Shown here: positions 1-9,986 of the stretch, one piece after another
Layout: each line of letters begins with the position of its first letter
Numbering within the stretch: position 1 is the first letter of the stretch
Source of the DNA: Candidatus Zixiibacteriota bacterium
Lineage (GTDB): Bacteria; Zixibacteria; MSB-5A5; UM-FILTER-46-8
Assembly (NCBI GenBank): GCA_014730345.1
Contig: WJIJ01000051.1
Coordinates: forward strand, 3,592 to 67,591
Direction: 5' to 3'
Length of the DNA: 64,000 bases
The notes under the pieces: model-generated
What the model was told of the DNA's origin: nothing
Database searches by the model: none
What the model saw: only the letters and a program-made list of their open reading frames with translations
Position numbers and translations under genes: made by a program

Positions 1-1116
1 TCTCCATGGACAGAGGCTTGCCTTAGACTCGGTTTGTACCAGATGATGTTCAGCGGAGGTACGCCTGATTACGCGGCGGTGAATGAATTCGTTGAGTTGA
101 CCGCGAAACATGACAATCCCGGGGCGGCATCCCTGGTAAATGCTGTCCTGCGGAGGTACCAGCGGGAGTCAGAGAAAATTGAGTATCCCGGATTTGATAT
201 TGATCCGGTCGGTCATCTTGGCCTATACCATTCGCTTCCCGATTGGCTGGTGAAATCGTGGATAAACTTTTATGGCAAAATAGACGCCCTTGCTCTGGCG
301 GAACATGCCAACTCCCGAAGCCTGCCATCCTTAAGGCTTTTCTCATTGAACCGCCGCAAACCCAACTTTAAAGAAATGGAAGATTCCGGTTTTATTCCCC
401 ATGAATATTTCGATGGATATTTTACTTATACCGGAAAGGGCGACCCGCGGGATAAGGACATCTACAAGCGGAATTTCGTTTATTTCCAGGATCCCTCGGC
501 AGGAATGGCGGTGAAGCTATCAGGCGCGAAAGTAGGGGATTACATTTTCGATATCGGGGCGGCTCCAGGAGGAAAGACCATCAACCTTTACGAAGCGATT
601 CAGGGTAAAGGAAAGATTACCGCAATCGAAGCTAATCAGGGTAAACTTACCGGATTGAAAAAAAACCTTTACAGGATGGGTATAAAGACTGTAAATATTA
701 TCGGGAAAGACGTGCAGGACTTCCATGTCAGGCGCAGGGGAGATGTAGTGCTCGTCGATGTCCCCTGCTCGGGATTGGGGACGCTGTCCCGTAACGCTGA
801 TTTGAGATGGAGAATCGAACCGCAGGAAATAAGCAGCTATGCTACACAGCAAAGAGAAATACTCCAGGCCGCTTCCAACCTGGTTAAACCGGGAGGGCGA
901 TTGATTTACAGCACATGCACTATATCAGATCCGGAGAACAGGGGCGTGGTTAATTCATTTCTTGCCGATAATCCCAACTTCGTCCGGGCTAACACCAGCG
1001 CGGCCGTCTACAACCTTAAGCGGGAATCGGTAACGGTTGAAGGCGATCTCTTGATTTTGCCGTTTCATTACAATACCGATGGGGCTTTTGTGAGCGTTAT
1101 GAGGAGGATGAAATGA
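1..1116 (+). CDS. rsmB: 16S rRNA (cytosine-C5)-methyltransferase, RsmB/Sun family. The 5' end is truncated by the window edge; the reading frame is open from nt 1.
   Basis: The N-terminal part is NusB-like (LVNAVLRRY). SAM-dependent methyltransferase motifs are present: DIGAAPGGKT, DVPCSGLGT and a C-terminal catalytic Cys (STCT). There is no stop between nt 1 and the listed ATG at 34. Confidence 0.8.
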   Translation, partial: SPWTEACLRLGLYQMMFSGGTPDYAAVNEFVELTAKHDNPGAASLVNAVLRRYQRESEKIEYPGFDIDPVGHLGLYHSLPDWLVKSWINFYGKIDALALAEHANSRSLPSLRLFSLNRRKPNFKEMEDSGFIPHEYFDGYFTYTGKGDPRDKDIYKRNFVYFQDPSAGMAVKLSGAKVGDYIFDIGAAPGGKTINLYEAIQGKGKITAIEANQGKLTGLKKNLYRMGIKTVNIIGKDVQDFHVRRRGDVVLVDVPCSGLGTLSRNADLRWRIEPQEISSYATQQREILQAASNLVKPGGRLIYSTCTISDPENRGVVNSFLADNPNFVRANTSAAVYNLKRESVTVEGDLLILPFHYNTDGAFVSVMRRMK

Positions 1117-1877
1117 GCTTTTTAAAGCGGCGGATTACATGGCGGGATTTACGCAGATGGCTGTCGATTATCTTCATTTGCTCCGTTCTATTCCTTATTC
1201 TGGTCTTATTCACCGACACGGTAATAATGCCGATGGTAGTGCGCCACGGCCAGGAGTCGGTAGCCCCGGATGTATCCGGCGTGCATATGGAGGAAGCAAA
1301 ACGTATTCTCAAAGAGCACGGATTCAGGTGGGAGATAGCCGCCGAGGAATTCTCGCCCGTGGAACCGAGGTTTACTGTTCTTACCCAGCAACCCGCTCCC
1401 GGTTTACAGGTCAAGAACGGGCGGACCTTCAGCCTGGTTATCAGCAAAGGCGGGGAAACCGGTATGGTTCCCGAACTGCGCGGATTAACCCTGCGGCAGG
1501 CGAAATTAATGCTCGAAGAAGATGATTTCAAACCGGGGATGATAACCTATGACTACCATGATAGACTTCCAGCGGACGTAATCGTGCGTACATATCCTCC
1601 GGCGGGAGCGCAGATTAACCGCGGCGGAACCGTAGACCTGGTTGTAAATCTTCGCGAAGGAACCCGGCTGATTACGGTGCCCGATTACCTCGGGATGAAT
1701 TATTCCGATGTGGAAACCGATGTAATACAGATAGGGTTGCGAATCGGCGAGGTTTCCCGCGAGCGCGATGATTCAGTTCTCCCGGAAACCGTCCTCTCCC
1801 AATCGCTGGTTCCGGGGATGGAAGTCGCCGAAGGCACCGAGATAAGTTTCACCCTGAGCGAATCGAAAGGTCCATAA
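1113..1877 (+). CDS. PASTA-domain membrane protein, with an N-terminal TM helix followed by three PASTA-like repeats
   Basis: Hydrophobic N-terminus (LSIIFICSVLFLILVLF). Repeated PASTA-like segments: VPDVSGVHMEEAKRILKEHGF, VPELRGLTLRQAKLMLEEDDF and VPDYLGMNYSDVETDVIQIGL. The 4-nt overlap with rsmB suggests translational coupling. Confidence 0.7.
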   Translation: MSFLKRRITWRDLRRWLSIIFICSVLFLILVLFTDTVIMPMVVRHGQESVAPDVSGVHMEEAKRILKEHGFRWEIAAEEFSPVEPRFTVLTQQPAPGLQVKNGRTFSLVISKGGETGMVPELRGLTLRQAKLMLEEDDFKPGMITYDYHDRLPADVIVRTYPPAGAQINRGGTVDLVVNLREGTRLITVPDYLGMNYSDVETDVIQIGLRIGEVSRERDDSVLPETVLSQSLVPGMEVAEGTEISFTLSESKGP

Positions 1878-2524
1878 TGGCCGATGTTATTATAGCCCCG
1901 TCTTTATTATCCTGTGATTTTGCCCGCATTGCCGAAGAAGTAAAGGCGGTCGAACAAGCCGGAGCCGACTGGCTTCATATCGATGTTATGGACGGTCATT
2001 TCGTTCCCAATTTAACCATAGGGCCGGCTGTAGTTAGCGCCATAAAAAAGGTCGCCTCAGTTCCCCTCGATGTTCACCTGATGATATCCAATCCCGATGA
2101 TTTCATCGAGCAGTTCGTCGATGCCGGTTCCGATTATCTCACTGTCCATTATGAAGCATGCACCCACCTGCATCGGACCCTGACCGCTATTAAACATGCC
2201 GGCGCGATACCGGGCGTTTCACTTAATCCGGCAACCCCGCCGGAAATGATACTCCCGGTTTTGAGTGAGATCGAATTGATACTCTTTATGACCGTCAATC
2301 CCGGATTCGGTGGACAGGATTTCATCCCTTCGGTTTTAGATAAGGTCGGCCCGATAAAATCCGGTTTGAACGAGCTTGGCAAAGGATGCCTCCTTGCCGT
2401 GGATGGCGGTATAAATGAAGTAACCGCCCCCGCGGTTATCAAGAAAGGCATCAATGTGCTTGTCGCCGGCAGTTACATCTTCGGTTCTCCTGATTACCGC
2501 AAAGCTATCGATTCTTTAAGATAA
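1877..2524 (+). CDS. rpe: Ribulose-phosphate 3-epimerase
   Basis: Canonical Rpe N-terminus (IAPSLLSCDFARIAEEVKAVEQAGADWLHIDVMDGHFVPNLTIGP). Metal-binding His/Asp pattern and GFGGQ motif present. Length 215 aa. Confidence 0.93.
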   Translation: MADVIIAPSLLSCDFARIAEEVKAVEQAGADWLHIDVMDGHFVPNLTIGPAVVSAIKKVASVPLDVHLMISNPDDFIEQFVDAGSDYLTVHYEACTHLHRTLTAIKHAGAIPGVSLNPATPPEMILPVLSEIELILFMTVNPGFGGQDFIPSVLDKVGPIKSGLNELGKGCLLAVDGGINEVTAPAVIKKGINVLVAGSYIFGSPDYRKAIDSLR

Positions 2525-2625
2525 GCGGTTCAATTCAAACAAACCCTTGATATTTTTATCATTTCGTGCAATAATAACTTCCTGACAGGGGAAGGTGTTT
2601 AACTCAATTTAGATAAGGTGAATAT

Positions 2626-3891
2626 ATGTTCAGGAAACTTATATATATTGTAATCAGCGCGTTATTACTTTTTTCCTGCGGCGGTAACGGCGACGGCGGC
2701 AAAACGAAGCTCGTTTTTAAAGTAGGCAAGGTTGCGGGGCAGTCCGGGTACCTCGCTCAAATTGTTGAAGAATTCGAAAACGAAAATCCCGGTGTAGATG
2801 TTGTATTGGAAATATTGCCTTCTATTACCGACCAACAGCATCAGTTCTATATCACAAGCCTTGAGGGAGGTTCCTCGGATTTCGATGTTTTCGCGCTCGA
2901 TGTAATATGGGTTCCGGAATTCGCCCTTGCCGGTTGGTTGGAGAGCCTGGAGGGGAAATTTACCGATGAGCAATTGGCCAATTTCCTGCCGGGGCCTTTG
3001 AAGGCGGATACCTACAATGGGGAGTTATATGCCGTTCCCTGGTATGTCGACGGCGGAGTTCTTTATTATCGAGAGGACCTCCTCCAAAAATACAATGTCA
3101 AACCGCCTGATACATTCGCCGGACTCAAGCAGGCCGCCCGCAAAATCATGAAGGGTGAAGATAACAGCAAACTTGCCGGCTTTATCTGGCAGGGCAAGCA
3201 GTACGAAGGCCTGGTATGTTCCGCGTTGGAATTCATCGAGGGTAATTGCGCCGGTATCCTCGATGATGGTGGCAATCCGGTTATTAACAGTGAAAGAGCA
3301 ATCGAAGCGCTGGCATTCATGAAGCAACTCATCGATGATGGTATCGCGCCTGAATATGTAACCACCACCGATGAGGAAGCCACGCGTCATTCATTTGGCA
3401 ATGGCAATGTTATATTCATGCGAAACTGGCCCTACGCCTACAACATCTTCAACACCGAAGGTTCAAAAGTGAAGGACAAAGTCGCGGTGAAAACAATGCC
3501 CCATTTCGAGGGATGTGAATCCGCGTCCACCCTCGGAGGCTGGCAGTTGGGTATTAATAAATTTTCGAAACATAAAGATTGGGCCTGGAAATTCATCGAG
3601 TTTATGTCCCGGTATGAGACCCAGAAAAAAATGGCGTTGAATGTCGGATTGAAGCCATCCCGCAAGGACGTTTACTCCGACGAGGACCTTGTAAAACAAC
3701 AACCCTTTATGGCTGAGTTGCTGAATACTTTATTGCAAGCGGTACCCCGGCCGGTTTCGCCATATTATCCGCAGATATCCCTCGTCTTACAGGCGAAGTT
3801 TTCCGAGGTTCTATCCGGGTCATCCTCCGCCGAACAAGCCCTCAACGAAGCCCAAACGAGACTCACGGAGATAATTAACCGGAGGAAATAG
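2626..3891 (+). CDS. ABC transporter substrate-binding lipoprotein for carbohydrate uptake, solute-binding family 1
   Basis: Lipoprotein signal with lipobox (LLLFSCGG). Length and composition typical of MalE/UgpB-type sugar-binding proteins. First gene of a 4-gene ABC operon. Confidence 0.85.
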   Translation: MFRKLIYIVISALLLFSCGGNGDGGKTKLVFKVGKVAGQSGYLAQIVEEFENENPGVDVVLEILPSITDQQHQFYITSLEGGSSDFDVFALDVIWVPEFALAGWLESLEGKFTDEQLANFLPGPLKADTYNGELYAVPWYVDGGVLYYREDLLQKYNVKPPDTFAGLKQAARKIMKGEDNSKLAGFIWQGKQYEGLVCSALEFIEGNCAGILDDGGNPVINSERAIEALAFMKQLIDDGIAPEYVTTTDEEATRHSFGNGNVIFMRNWPYAYNIFNTEGSKVKDKVAVKTMPHFEGCESASTLGGWQLGINKFSKHKDWAWKFIEFMSRYETQKKMALNVGLKPSRKDVYSDEDLVKQQPFMAELLNTLLQAVPRPVSPYYPQISLVLQAKFSEVLSGSSSAEQALNEAQTRLTEIINRRK

Positions 3892-4763
3892 TGGAATCCC
3901 GATTCGGGTACCTGTTAATAATCCCCGCATTGCTGACTATCGCTGTAGTCGCCATATATCCGATTATCGATGTTTTCATCCTCAGCCTCTATGAACGTTT
4001 TCTCACCCTTGGCATTGACGAGTTCACAGGTCTTAACAATTATCTAAAATTAGTCAATGATGCCCGTTTCTGGAACGCGTTAAAAAACACGGCTGTTTTT
4101 ACATTCTTCTCGGTATCACTCGAGCTGATACTGGGGATGGCTGTCGCTTTATTTATCAACAGGCCGTTTTCTCTGCAGGGACTGATTAGGGCGGCGGTGC
4201 TTCTCCCGTGGGCGGTTCCTACTGTGGTTTCCGCCAAGATATGGGCATGGATATTCAACACCGACCTGGGTATTTTGAACTATGCTTTGCTCAATTTCGG
4301 ATTGATTGACGCCGATTTGAATTGGCTGGGGAGTACCGGATATGCAATGGCGGCGGCGATAACTGTTGATGTCTGGAAAACCACTCCTTTCGCGGCGTTA
4401 TTGCTTTTGGCCGGCTTGCAGGTAATCCCCGATGATCTTTACAAGGCGGCAAGCGTGGACGGCGCTTCCCGGTGGCAGAAATTCCGGCATATCACTATTC
4501 CGCATTTAAAACCGGTAATTATGATAGTCCTGTTGTTCCGGACCCTCGATGCTTTCCGGGTTTTCGATGCTATTTACATCCTGACCGGCGGCGGCCCCGC
4601 GAATTCAACCGAAACCCTGAGTGTTTACGCGTACAAGATATTGTTCCAGACCCTCGATTTCGGCTACGGTTCCACTATCGCCGTTTCCGTTTTTGCCGCG
4701 GTGATGCTTATCAGCATCGGCTATATCTCTATTTTAAAACGCAGGGGAGGGCTGTTGTCCTGA
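3891..4763 (+). CDS. Sugar ABC transporter permease, MalF/UgpA-type
   Basis: Six predicted TM segments. EAA-loop-like region (KAASVDGASRWQKFRHITIPHLKPVI). Start overlaps the stop of the binding-protein gene. Confidence 0.85.
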   Translation: MESRFGYLLIIPALLTIAVVAIYPIIDVFILSLYERFLTLGIDEFTGLNNYLKLVNDARFWNALKNTAVFTFFSVSLELILGMAVALFINRPFSLQGLIRAAVLLPWAVPTVVSAKIWAWIFNTDLGILNYALLNFGLIDADLNWLGSTGYAMAAAITVDVWKTTPFAALLLLAGLQVIPDDLYKAASVDGASRWQKFRHITIPHLKPVIMIVLLFRTLDAFRVFDAIYILTGGGPANSTETLSVYAYKILFQTLDFGYGSTIAVSVFAAVMLISIGYISILKRRGGLLS

Positions 4764-4771
4764 AGAACGCA

Positions 4772-5584
4772 TTGAACAGGTCCCTGTTTTATCTTGCCCT
4801 CTTCCTGATGGTTTTCTATTTGATAGGACCGGTTATATGGCAGTTGATAACTTCCTTGAAGCCAAATGCCATTCTTACATCCCTGCCTCCGGTATTGCCG
4901 GAAAAAGTTGTATTCACTCATTACGTCTCCGTGTTTACCGAGCGTCCTTTTGCCCGTATAATCCTGAACAGTTTCATCGTAGCTACTTCGACAACGGTTT
5001 ATTGTTTGGCAATTGGAGTATTGTCGGCATTTGCCATTTCCATCTTCGATATTAAGGGAAAAGCGCTTTTCCTGGGGCTTGTGCTTTCCATATCGATGTT
5101 TCCGCCCATAGCTACTGTCAGCCCGTTGTACCTGCTCATCAGGGCGCTTGGCATCCGGGATACATACCTCGCGCTGATATTCCCATACGCGACATTCGCA
5201 CTGCCACTGTCGATATGGGTACTGTCCAGCTTTATATCTGAAATTCCCAAAGAGCTTTACAAGGCGGCGCGGGTCGATGGCTGTACTCCTTTGCAGGCAT
5301 TGTGGAAGGTCCTGTTTCCCCTGGCCGCTCCGGGAGTGTTTACGTGCGCCATACTTGTTTTTATATTCGCCTGGAACGAATTTCTTTACGCGCTGACCTT
5401 TACTACCACCGTTCAATCCCGCACTATCCCGGTAGCTATAGCGCTGTTCCCCGGACTTCACGAAGTCCCCTGGGGAGAGATGGCGGCGGCTTCGATAATC
5501 GTTACCGCTCCATTGGTAATTTTGGTATTTGTTTTCCAAAAAAGAATAATTTCAGGCTTAACGGCGGGATCGGTTAAGGGCTAA
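4772..5584 (+). CDS. Sugar ABC transporter permease, MalG/UgpE-type. The start is uncertain.
   Basis: The listed ORF (4472..5584) overlaps the upstream permease by ~290 nt, which is implausible. The first TM (LFYLALFLMVFYLIGPVIW) and an EAA motif (KAARVDGCTPLQALWKVLFPLA) are present. The true start is probably the TTG at 4772 or the ATG at ~4808, just after the upstream stop at 4763. Confidence 0.75.
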   Translation: MNRSLFYLALFLMVFYLIGPVIWQLITSLKPNAILTSLPPVLPEKVVFTHYVSVFTERPFARIILNSFIVATSTTVYCLAIGVLSAFAISIFDIKGKALFLGLVLSISMFPPIATVSPLYLLIRALGIRDTYLALIFPYATFALPLSIWVLSSFISEIPKELYKAARVDGCTPLQALWKVLFPLAAPGVFTCAILVFIFAWNEFLYALTFTTTVQSRTIPVAIALFPGLHEVPWGEMAAASIIVTAPLVILVFVFQKRIISGLTAGSVKG

Positions 5585-6657
5585 TGGCAGGCATCCAGTT
5601 AAAAGGACTAAGCAAGCGTTTCGGTAAAAACGTGGCTATTCACCCCCTCGATCTGAAAATCGATGACGGTAGTTTTATGGCTATCGTGGGACCTTCCGGC
5701 TGTGGTAAATCAACACTGCTCAACCTTATAGCCGGGCTGGAAACTCCATCTGGCGGGGATATAATCTTTGATGGGCAGTCGGTGCTGAACCTGAATCCTC
5801 GTAAACGCGACGTTGCCTTCGTTTTTCAGACTTACGCGCTGTACCCGCACAAAACGGTCTACGAAAATATCGGCTTTCCGCTTAGTATTGCCAGGGTGGA
5901 GAAGAATGAAATCGATAAACGGATCCTTGAGGTTGCCGAACTCCTCGGGTTGCAAAACCTGCTTTCGCGAATGCCCAGAGAACTTTCGGGTGGACAAAGA
6001 CAAAGGGTCGCCCTTGGCCGGGCGATTATCCGGCAACCGAAAGTATTCCTGCTCGATGAACCCCTCTCTAATCTTGACGCCAAACTTCGGGTGCAGACCC
6101 GGGCCGAGTTGAAAAAACTTCATGAAAGGTTAAAAACTACATTTGTCTATGTAACCCACGATCAGACCGAAGCAATGAGCCTTGCCGATAAGATCGCTAT
6201 CCTGAAGGACGGTAAACTTCACCAATCGGCGCCCCCGCGGGAAATCTACAACAATCCGGCTGATACATTCGTGGGCGGCTTCATAGGAAGCCCGGGGATG
6301 AATTTCATTAAGGCGGCAATCGATGCTGAAGGGCGTGAAGTAGCAATTGAAAACATGCTGTACCCGCTGTCCCAACCGCTCGAAAAATCCGGGGATATTA
6401 TCGTTGGGCTTCGCCCGGAGCACTTCTCTATCGGTGAACATGCGAATGAAAAAGCCCTTGCCAAAGAAGCTGTAGTTGTGGAGCCTCTCGGTTCCGAAAC
6501 ACTGATTCAAACTGAAATATCAGGCGCTCAGGTTGTTATCCGCGCCCCGGCGGATTACAATTGCGAAGCAGGAGACCCAATACAGGTTACTCCGTTGATT
6601 GAAAACGCCAACTTTTTCCATCCGGAAACCGGCGTCAATATAGAACTAATGGATTGA
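5584..6657 (+). CDS. ABC transporter ATP-binding protein, MalK/UgpC-type, with a C-terminal regulatory/TOBE-like domain
   Basis: Walker A (GPSGCGKST), ABC signature (LSGGQRQRVALGRA), Walker B (VFLLDEPLSNLD) and H-loop (YVTHDQ). The 357-aa length is typical of MalK. Confidence 0.9.
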   Translation: MAGIQLKGLSKRFGKNVAIHPLDLKIDDGSFMAIVGPSGCGKSTLLNLIAGLETPSGGDIIFDGQSVLNLNPRKRDVAFVFQTYALYPHKTVYENIGFPLSIARVEKNEIDKRILEVAELLGLQNLLSRMPRELSGGQRQRVALGRAIIRQPKVFLLDEPLSNLDAKLRVQTRAELKKLHERLKTTFVYVTHDQTEAMSLADKIAILKDGKLHQSAPPREIYNNPADTFVGGFIGSPGMNFIKAAIDAEGREVAIENMLYPLSQPLEKSGDIIVGLRPEHFSIGEHANEKALAKEAVVVEPLGSETLIQTEISGAQVVIRAPADYNCEAGDPIQVTPLIENANFFHPETGVNIELMD

Positions 6658-6661
6658 ATTA

Positions 6662-7897
6662 CTATTTTATAAGGGACATTGGTTTAACAATCGAGAAATC
6701 CCCTGAGGTTAAACGGTAGAAATATACGCCGGATGCAAAACGGGAAGCATCCCATACTACCGAACCGCCGCTGGATTTATTTTCGTGATGGAAAATATTA
6801 TCTACAACCTGCCCGGAGTTATTATATATGGTAATCTCGGCTATTCCCGGTTCTAAGTTTGAGAATAAAATCCGGGTGGACGCATTGAAAGGATTGGGGT
6901 AGTTTGAAGTCTCAAGTTCAAAATCCACCGGGGAAGAATTCTCATCGGAAAACCCTGTTGGGCTGAATCGAAAGATATGAAATGAATCCCCGCTGATGGC
7001 ATATATATACTCATTCCAAACAGCGAGCGACTTAATATAGCCAATGCTATTATCATTGATTGCCAACTCCGGGTTGTATACATCCCTGACATCGATAATG
7101 CTGATACCCATCTCGCCGTCGGCAACATAAATAAAACCATCCCAGATCGCTATATCTACTGCATTACCCGGCGTTTGCCGATGGCTCAGGATTATTATAT
7201 TTTCCGGGTCCCCCATATCCCCAATAGAAATACCATTGACGCTGTCGGCGATATAGGCGTAACCGCTAACTCCGAAAACCGAATTGATATAACCAAAATC
7301 ATCGAGACTGCTTAAATGTATCAAATCCAAACCGTCCGCAATATAGTGATGAAAACCGCCGTTGCCGTCGGCAAGGTACATACCGCCGCAGGTCCCGGTA
7401 ATTCTACTCGCGTAACCGGGTGTTTGCAGTGATTCGAGAAATTCAGGTTCCTCAGGGTTTATTATCAAAGTCGCGTGCAATCCTGAATCGCCATCGGCGA
7501 CAAATGATATACCGCAGGATACAATAAGGTCATTGGCATAACCGGGCGTGCCATAACTGCCAACGTATAATGGATTCTCAGCATTACCATAGTCAATTAT
7601 CGTTACCCCCGAATCGCCGTCGGCTACATGCACGAAAGGATAAGCGATATAAAGCCCCGCCGCGTAGCCGGGAGTGTCGAAAGCCCCGAGATATTCCGGG
7701 TTTTGAGGCGATAATACGTCATAAGCCTCAATGCCGCTTTCTCCCAAAGCTATGTATGCCCTACCGCCGTATATTGCGATCGCCTCCGCTGTCGCACCCA
7801 GATAGGTGGTGGATAGATGTGTTAATCCCTGGGCGGAAACCATACAAGGCAGAGAAATTAGGATAATCAATAAAATGACAATAGTATTCGTTTTCAT
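6662..7897 (-). CDS. Secreted LVIVD-repeat beta-propeller protein with a C-terminal type IX secretion (Por) sorting domain
   Basis: N-terminal signal peptide (IVILLIILISLPCMVSA). Multiple LVIVD-like repeats (YAYIADSVNGISI, FIYVADGEMGISIIDV, YVADGDSGVTIIDY). The C-terminus (NYPNPFNASTRILF...GVYFYRLTSGDFSIVKPMSLIK) matches the T9SS CTD pattern. Convergent with the ABC operon. Confidence 0.75.
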   Translation of the reverse strand: MKTNTIVILLIILISLPCMVSAQGLTHLSTTYLGATAEAIAIYGGRAYIALGESGIEAYDVLSPQNPEYLGAFDTPGYAAGLYIAYPFVHVADGDSGVTIIDYGNAENPLYVGSYGTPGYANDLIVSCGISFVADGDSGLHATLIINPEEPEFLESLQTPGYASRITGTCGGMYLADGNGGFHHYIADGLDLIHLSSLDDFGYINSVFGVSGYAYIADSVNGISIGDMGDPENIIILSHRQTPGNAVDIAIWDGFIYVADGEMGISIIDVRDVYNPELAINDNSIGYIKSLAVWNEYIYAISGDSFHIFRFSPTGFSDENSSPVDFELETSNYPNPFNASTRILFSNLEPGIAEITIYNNSGQVVDNIFHHENKSSGGSVVWDASRFASGVYFYRLTSGDFSIVKPMSLIK

Positions 7898-8026
7898 GAT
7901 TCTTGTAAAATTAAACTGTCGCGATTGTTCTTTGGTTCCTCCTGAAATAATTTACCGAAAAAAATGCGTGCTAATTGCTATTGATAATTTTATACTGCCT
8001 TCCTGTGTTAAGATAACCTGAGTTAT

Positions 8027-8557
8027 GTGTTCACCGGAGGTTTGATGAAACTGGGTACACTATGCTATATCAGAGATGACGGCAAAACATTGATGCTTCA
8101 CCGGGTTAAGAAAGCTAACGATATGCATGAGGGCAAATGGAACGGTCTCGGAGGCAAGGTTCAGCCCGGCGAATCACCGGAGGAGTGCGTAATCAGGGAA
8201 ATAAAGGAAGAATCCGGCCTCGAAATAGACGAACCTCAGTTGAAGGGAGTGATAACCTTTCCCAAGTTTGATGATATCGAGGATTGGTATGTGTTTGTGT
8301 TCACCACCGATAAATTTTCGGGTGAGTTGATCGATTCCAACGAAGGAGTGTTAAAATGGATTCCCGATGGACAACTCCTTGATCTGCACCTGTGGGACGG
8401 CGACCGTATATTCCTTAAATGGCTTGATAACGACGGGTTCTTTTCGGCCAAATTCGAATATAACAAAGGAAGGCTTATCAAGCACAGCGTGAATTTTTAT
8501 CCTGCGGCTATTCGAGAAACCCAAAACGAAATCAGTTCGGGGGAGATACGACGGTGA
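8027..8557 (+). CDS. Nudix hydrolase, MutT-like
   Basis: Nudix box GGKVQPGESPEECVIREIKEESGL (Gx5Ex7REUxEExGU). The start could alternatively be the ATG at 8045. Confidence 0.8.
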   Translation: MFTGGLMKLGTLCYIRDDGKTLMLHRVKKANDMHEGKWNGLGGKVQPGESPEECVIREIKEESGLEIDEPQLKGVITFPKFDDIEDWYVFVFTTDKFSGELIDSNEGVLKWIPDGQLLDLHLWDGDRIFLKWLDNDGFFSAKFEYNKGRLIKHSVNFYPAAIRETQNEISSGEIRR

Positions 8558-9246
8558 ACGACAAAAACGCGGTGGTTTTACTCAGCGGCGGATTGGATTC
8601 ATCGACAACCGCGGCCATCGCCCGAGATTCCGGTTACCTGCTTAACTGCCTGACATTCGACTACGGGCAACGCCATGCCCATGAGCTGAACTCCGCGAGA
8701 GCGGTAGCGGCGTATCTAAATGCCGGGAAACATTTAACACTTAAAATAGAACTGGACAAAATAGGGGGGTCGGCTTTAACGGATAATATCAAAGTTCCCA
8801 AAAACAGGGATGCCGCCGGGATTGAGCGGTGTATTCCCATAACTTACGTACCCGCGCGCAATACAATTTTCCTGTCCTACGCTCTCGCTTACGCCGAGGT
8901 CAGCGGCGCGGAACACATATTCATCGGTATTAACTCGGTTGATTACAGCGGTTACCCGGATTGCCGCCCGGAATACATACGGGCATTCGAGCAGATGGCC
9001 AGCCTCGCCTTGAAAAAAACTGTAGAGGGGACGATGAGTGTTAAAATCCATACTCCCTTGATTGAAATGACCAAAGCGGAGATTATCAAAAAAGGCGTTG
9101 AATTGGGGATGGATTTCAGCTTAACTTACAGCTGTTATGACCCGTCGCCGGAAGGATTGGCATGCGGCAGGTGCGATAGTTGCATGCTCCGTTTGAAAGG
9201 CTTTGAGGAAGCGGGCTTTAAGGATCCGTTGAAATACCGGGATTAA
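8554..9246 (+). CDS. queC: 7-cyano-7-deazaguanine synthase
   Basis: PP-loop (VVLLSGGLDSST). C-terminal Zn-binding cysteines (CYDPSPEGLACGRCDSCMLR). Length 230 aa. Confidence 0.92.
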   Translation: MNDKNAVVLLSGGLDSSTTAAIARDSGYLLNCLTFDYGQRHAHELNSARAVAAYLNAGKHLTLKIELDKIGGSALTDNIKVPKNRDAAGIERCIPITYVPARNTIFLSYALAYAEVSGAEHIFIGINSVDYSGYPDCRPEYIRAFEQMASLALKKTVEGTMSVKIHTPLIEMTKAEIIKKGVELGMDFSLTYSCYDPSPEGLACGRCDSCMLRLKGFEEAGFKDPLKYRD

Positions 9247-9248
9247 CT

Positions 9249-9854
9249 ATGGATAGAAAATTTATCATCTTGCTCAGTATTTTTATAGGAAGTATTACTA
9301 TTGCTTCGGTACTCGCCAGCAAAATTATCGATGTTTTCGGCTTTTTCGTGCCCGCCGGAATTATCGCGTATTCTGTAACTTTCATCATTACCGATGTTGT
9401 CGGAGAATTATGGGGAAAGGACCGGGCGCGCGATTGTGTAATGGGCGGATTTATAGCGTTGGTAGTCGTATTGGTGTTGGTTCAATTCGCTTTGATACTC
9501 CCCAAAGCCCCATTCTGGGAGGATGAAAACGCCTTTAACTCTATCCTTGGAAGTACTTCCCGGATAATTATTGCTTCCTTCATAGCCTATCTTGTAAGCC
9601 AGTTCCATGATGTCTGGGCCTTTCATTTTTGGCGAAAATTAACCAATACCCGGCATCTATGGTTGAGAAACAACCTTTCCACAGCAGTATCCCAGTTCAT
9701 CGATTCTTTTGTATTCGTGATTATCGCCTTCTATGGGGTATTCCCGGTATGGGACCTGATACTCGGTCAGTGGATAATAAAAATGTTTATCGCCCTCCTG
9801 GATACTCCCATTGTTTACCTGTTGATCTGGCGGTTGAAATCAGCTAAGACTTGA
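9249..9854 (+). CDS. Queuosine-precursor transporter, YhhQ/DUF165 family
   Basis: Polytopic membrane protein of ~200 aa with the YhhQ-like pattern. Located immediately downstream of queC, which gives conserved functional context. Confidence 0.75.
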   Translation: MDRKFIILLSIFIGSITIASVLASKIIDVFGFFVPAGIIAYSVTFIITDVVGELWGKDRARDCVMGGFIALVVVLVLVQFALILPKAPFWEDENAFNSILGSTSRIIIASFIAYLVSQFHDVWAFHFWRKLTNTRHLWLRNNLSTAVSQFIDSFVFVIIAFYGVFPVWDLILGQWIIKMFIALLDTPIVYLLIWRLKSAKT

Positions 9855-9926
9855 TTCATTATTGTTAGCGCTTAATCGAAAAGGAAGACTCCAATATTGT
9901 AAGAATATTAAAATAATAAATAATGA

Positions 9927-9955
9927 TTGACATATTGTTAGTAAATCATTAAAAT
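9927..9955 (+). promoter_or_regulatory. Sigma70-type promoter for the lipoprotein gene
   Basis: TTGACA at 9927-9932, a 17-nt spacer, TAAAAT at 9950-9955. Strong SD AAAGGAGG lies at ~9975-9982, 5 nt before the ATG at 9987. Confidence 0.45.
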
Positions 9956-9986
9956 TTTGTTAGATTAACATTAAAAAGGAGGCAAA

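Noticed and set aside
4472-4771. Upstream 100-codon extension of the second permease ORF
   Set aside because: It would overlap the first permease by ~290 nt in another frame. The first TM helix and the upstream stop at 4763 argue for a start at ~4772 (TTG) or 4808 (ATG).
4721-5539. 272-aa ORF on the - strand
   Set aside because: It is entirely antisense to the MalG-type permease gene. Its composition is Arg/Gln/Tyr-rich and unlike a real protein. It is a shadow ORF.
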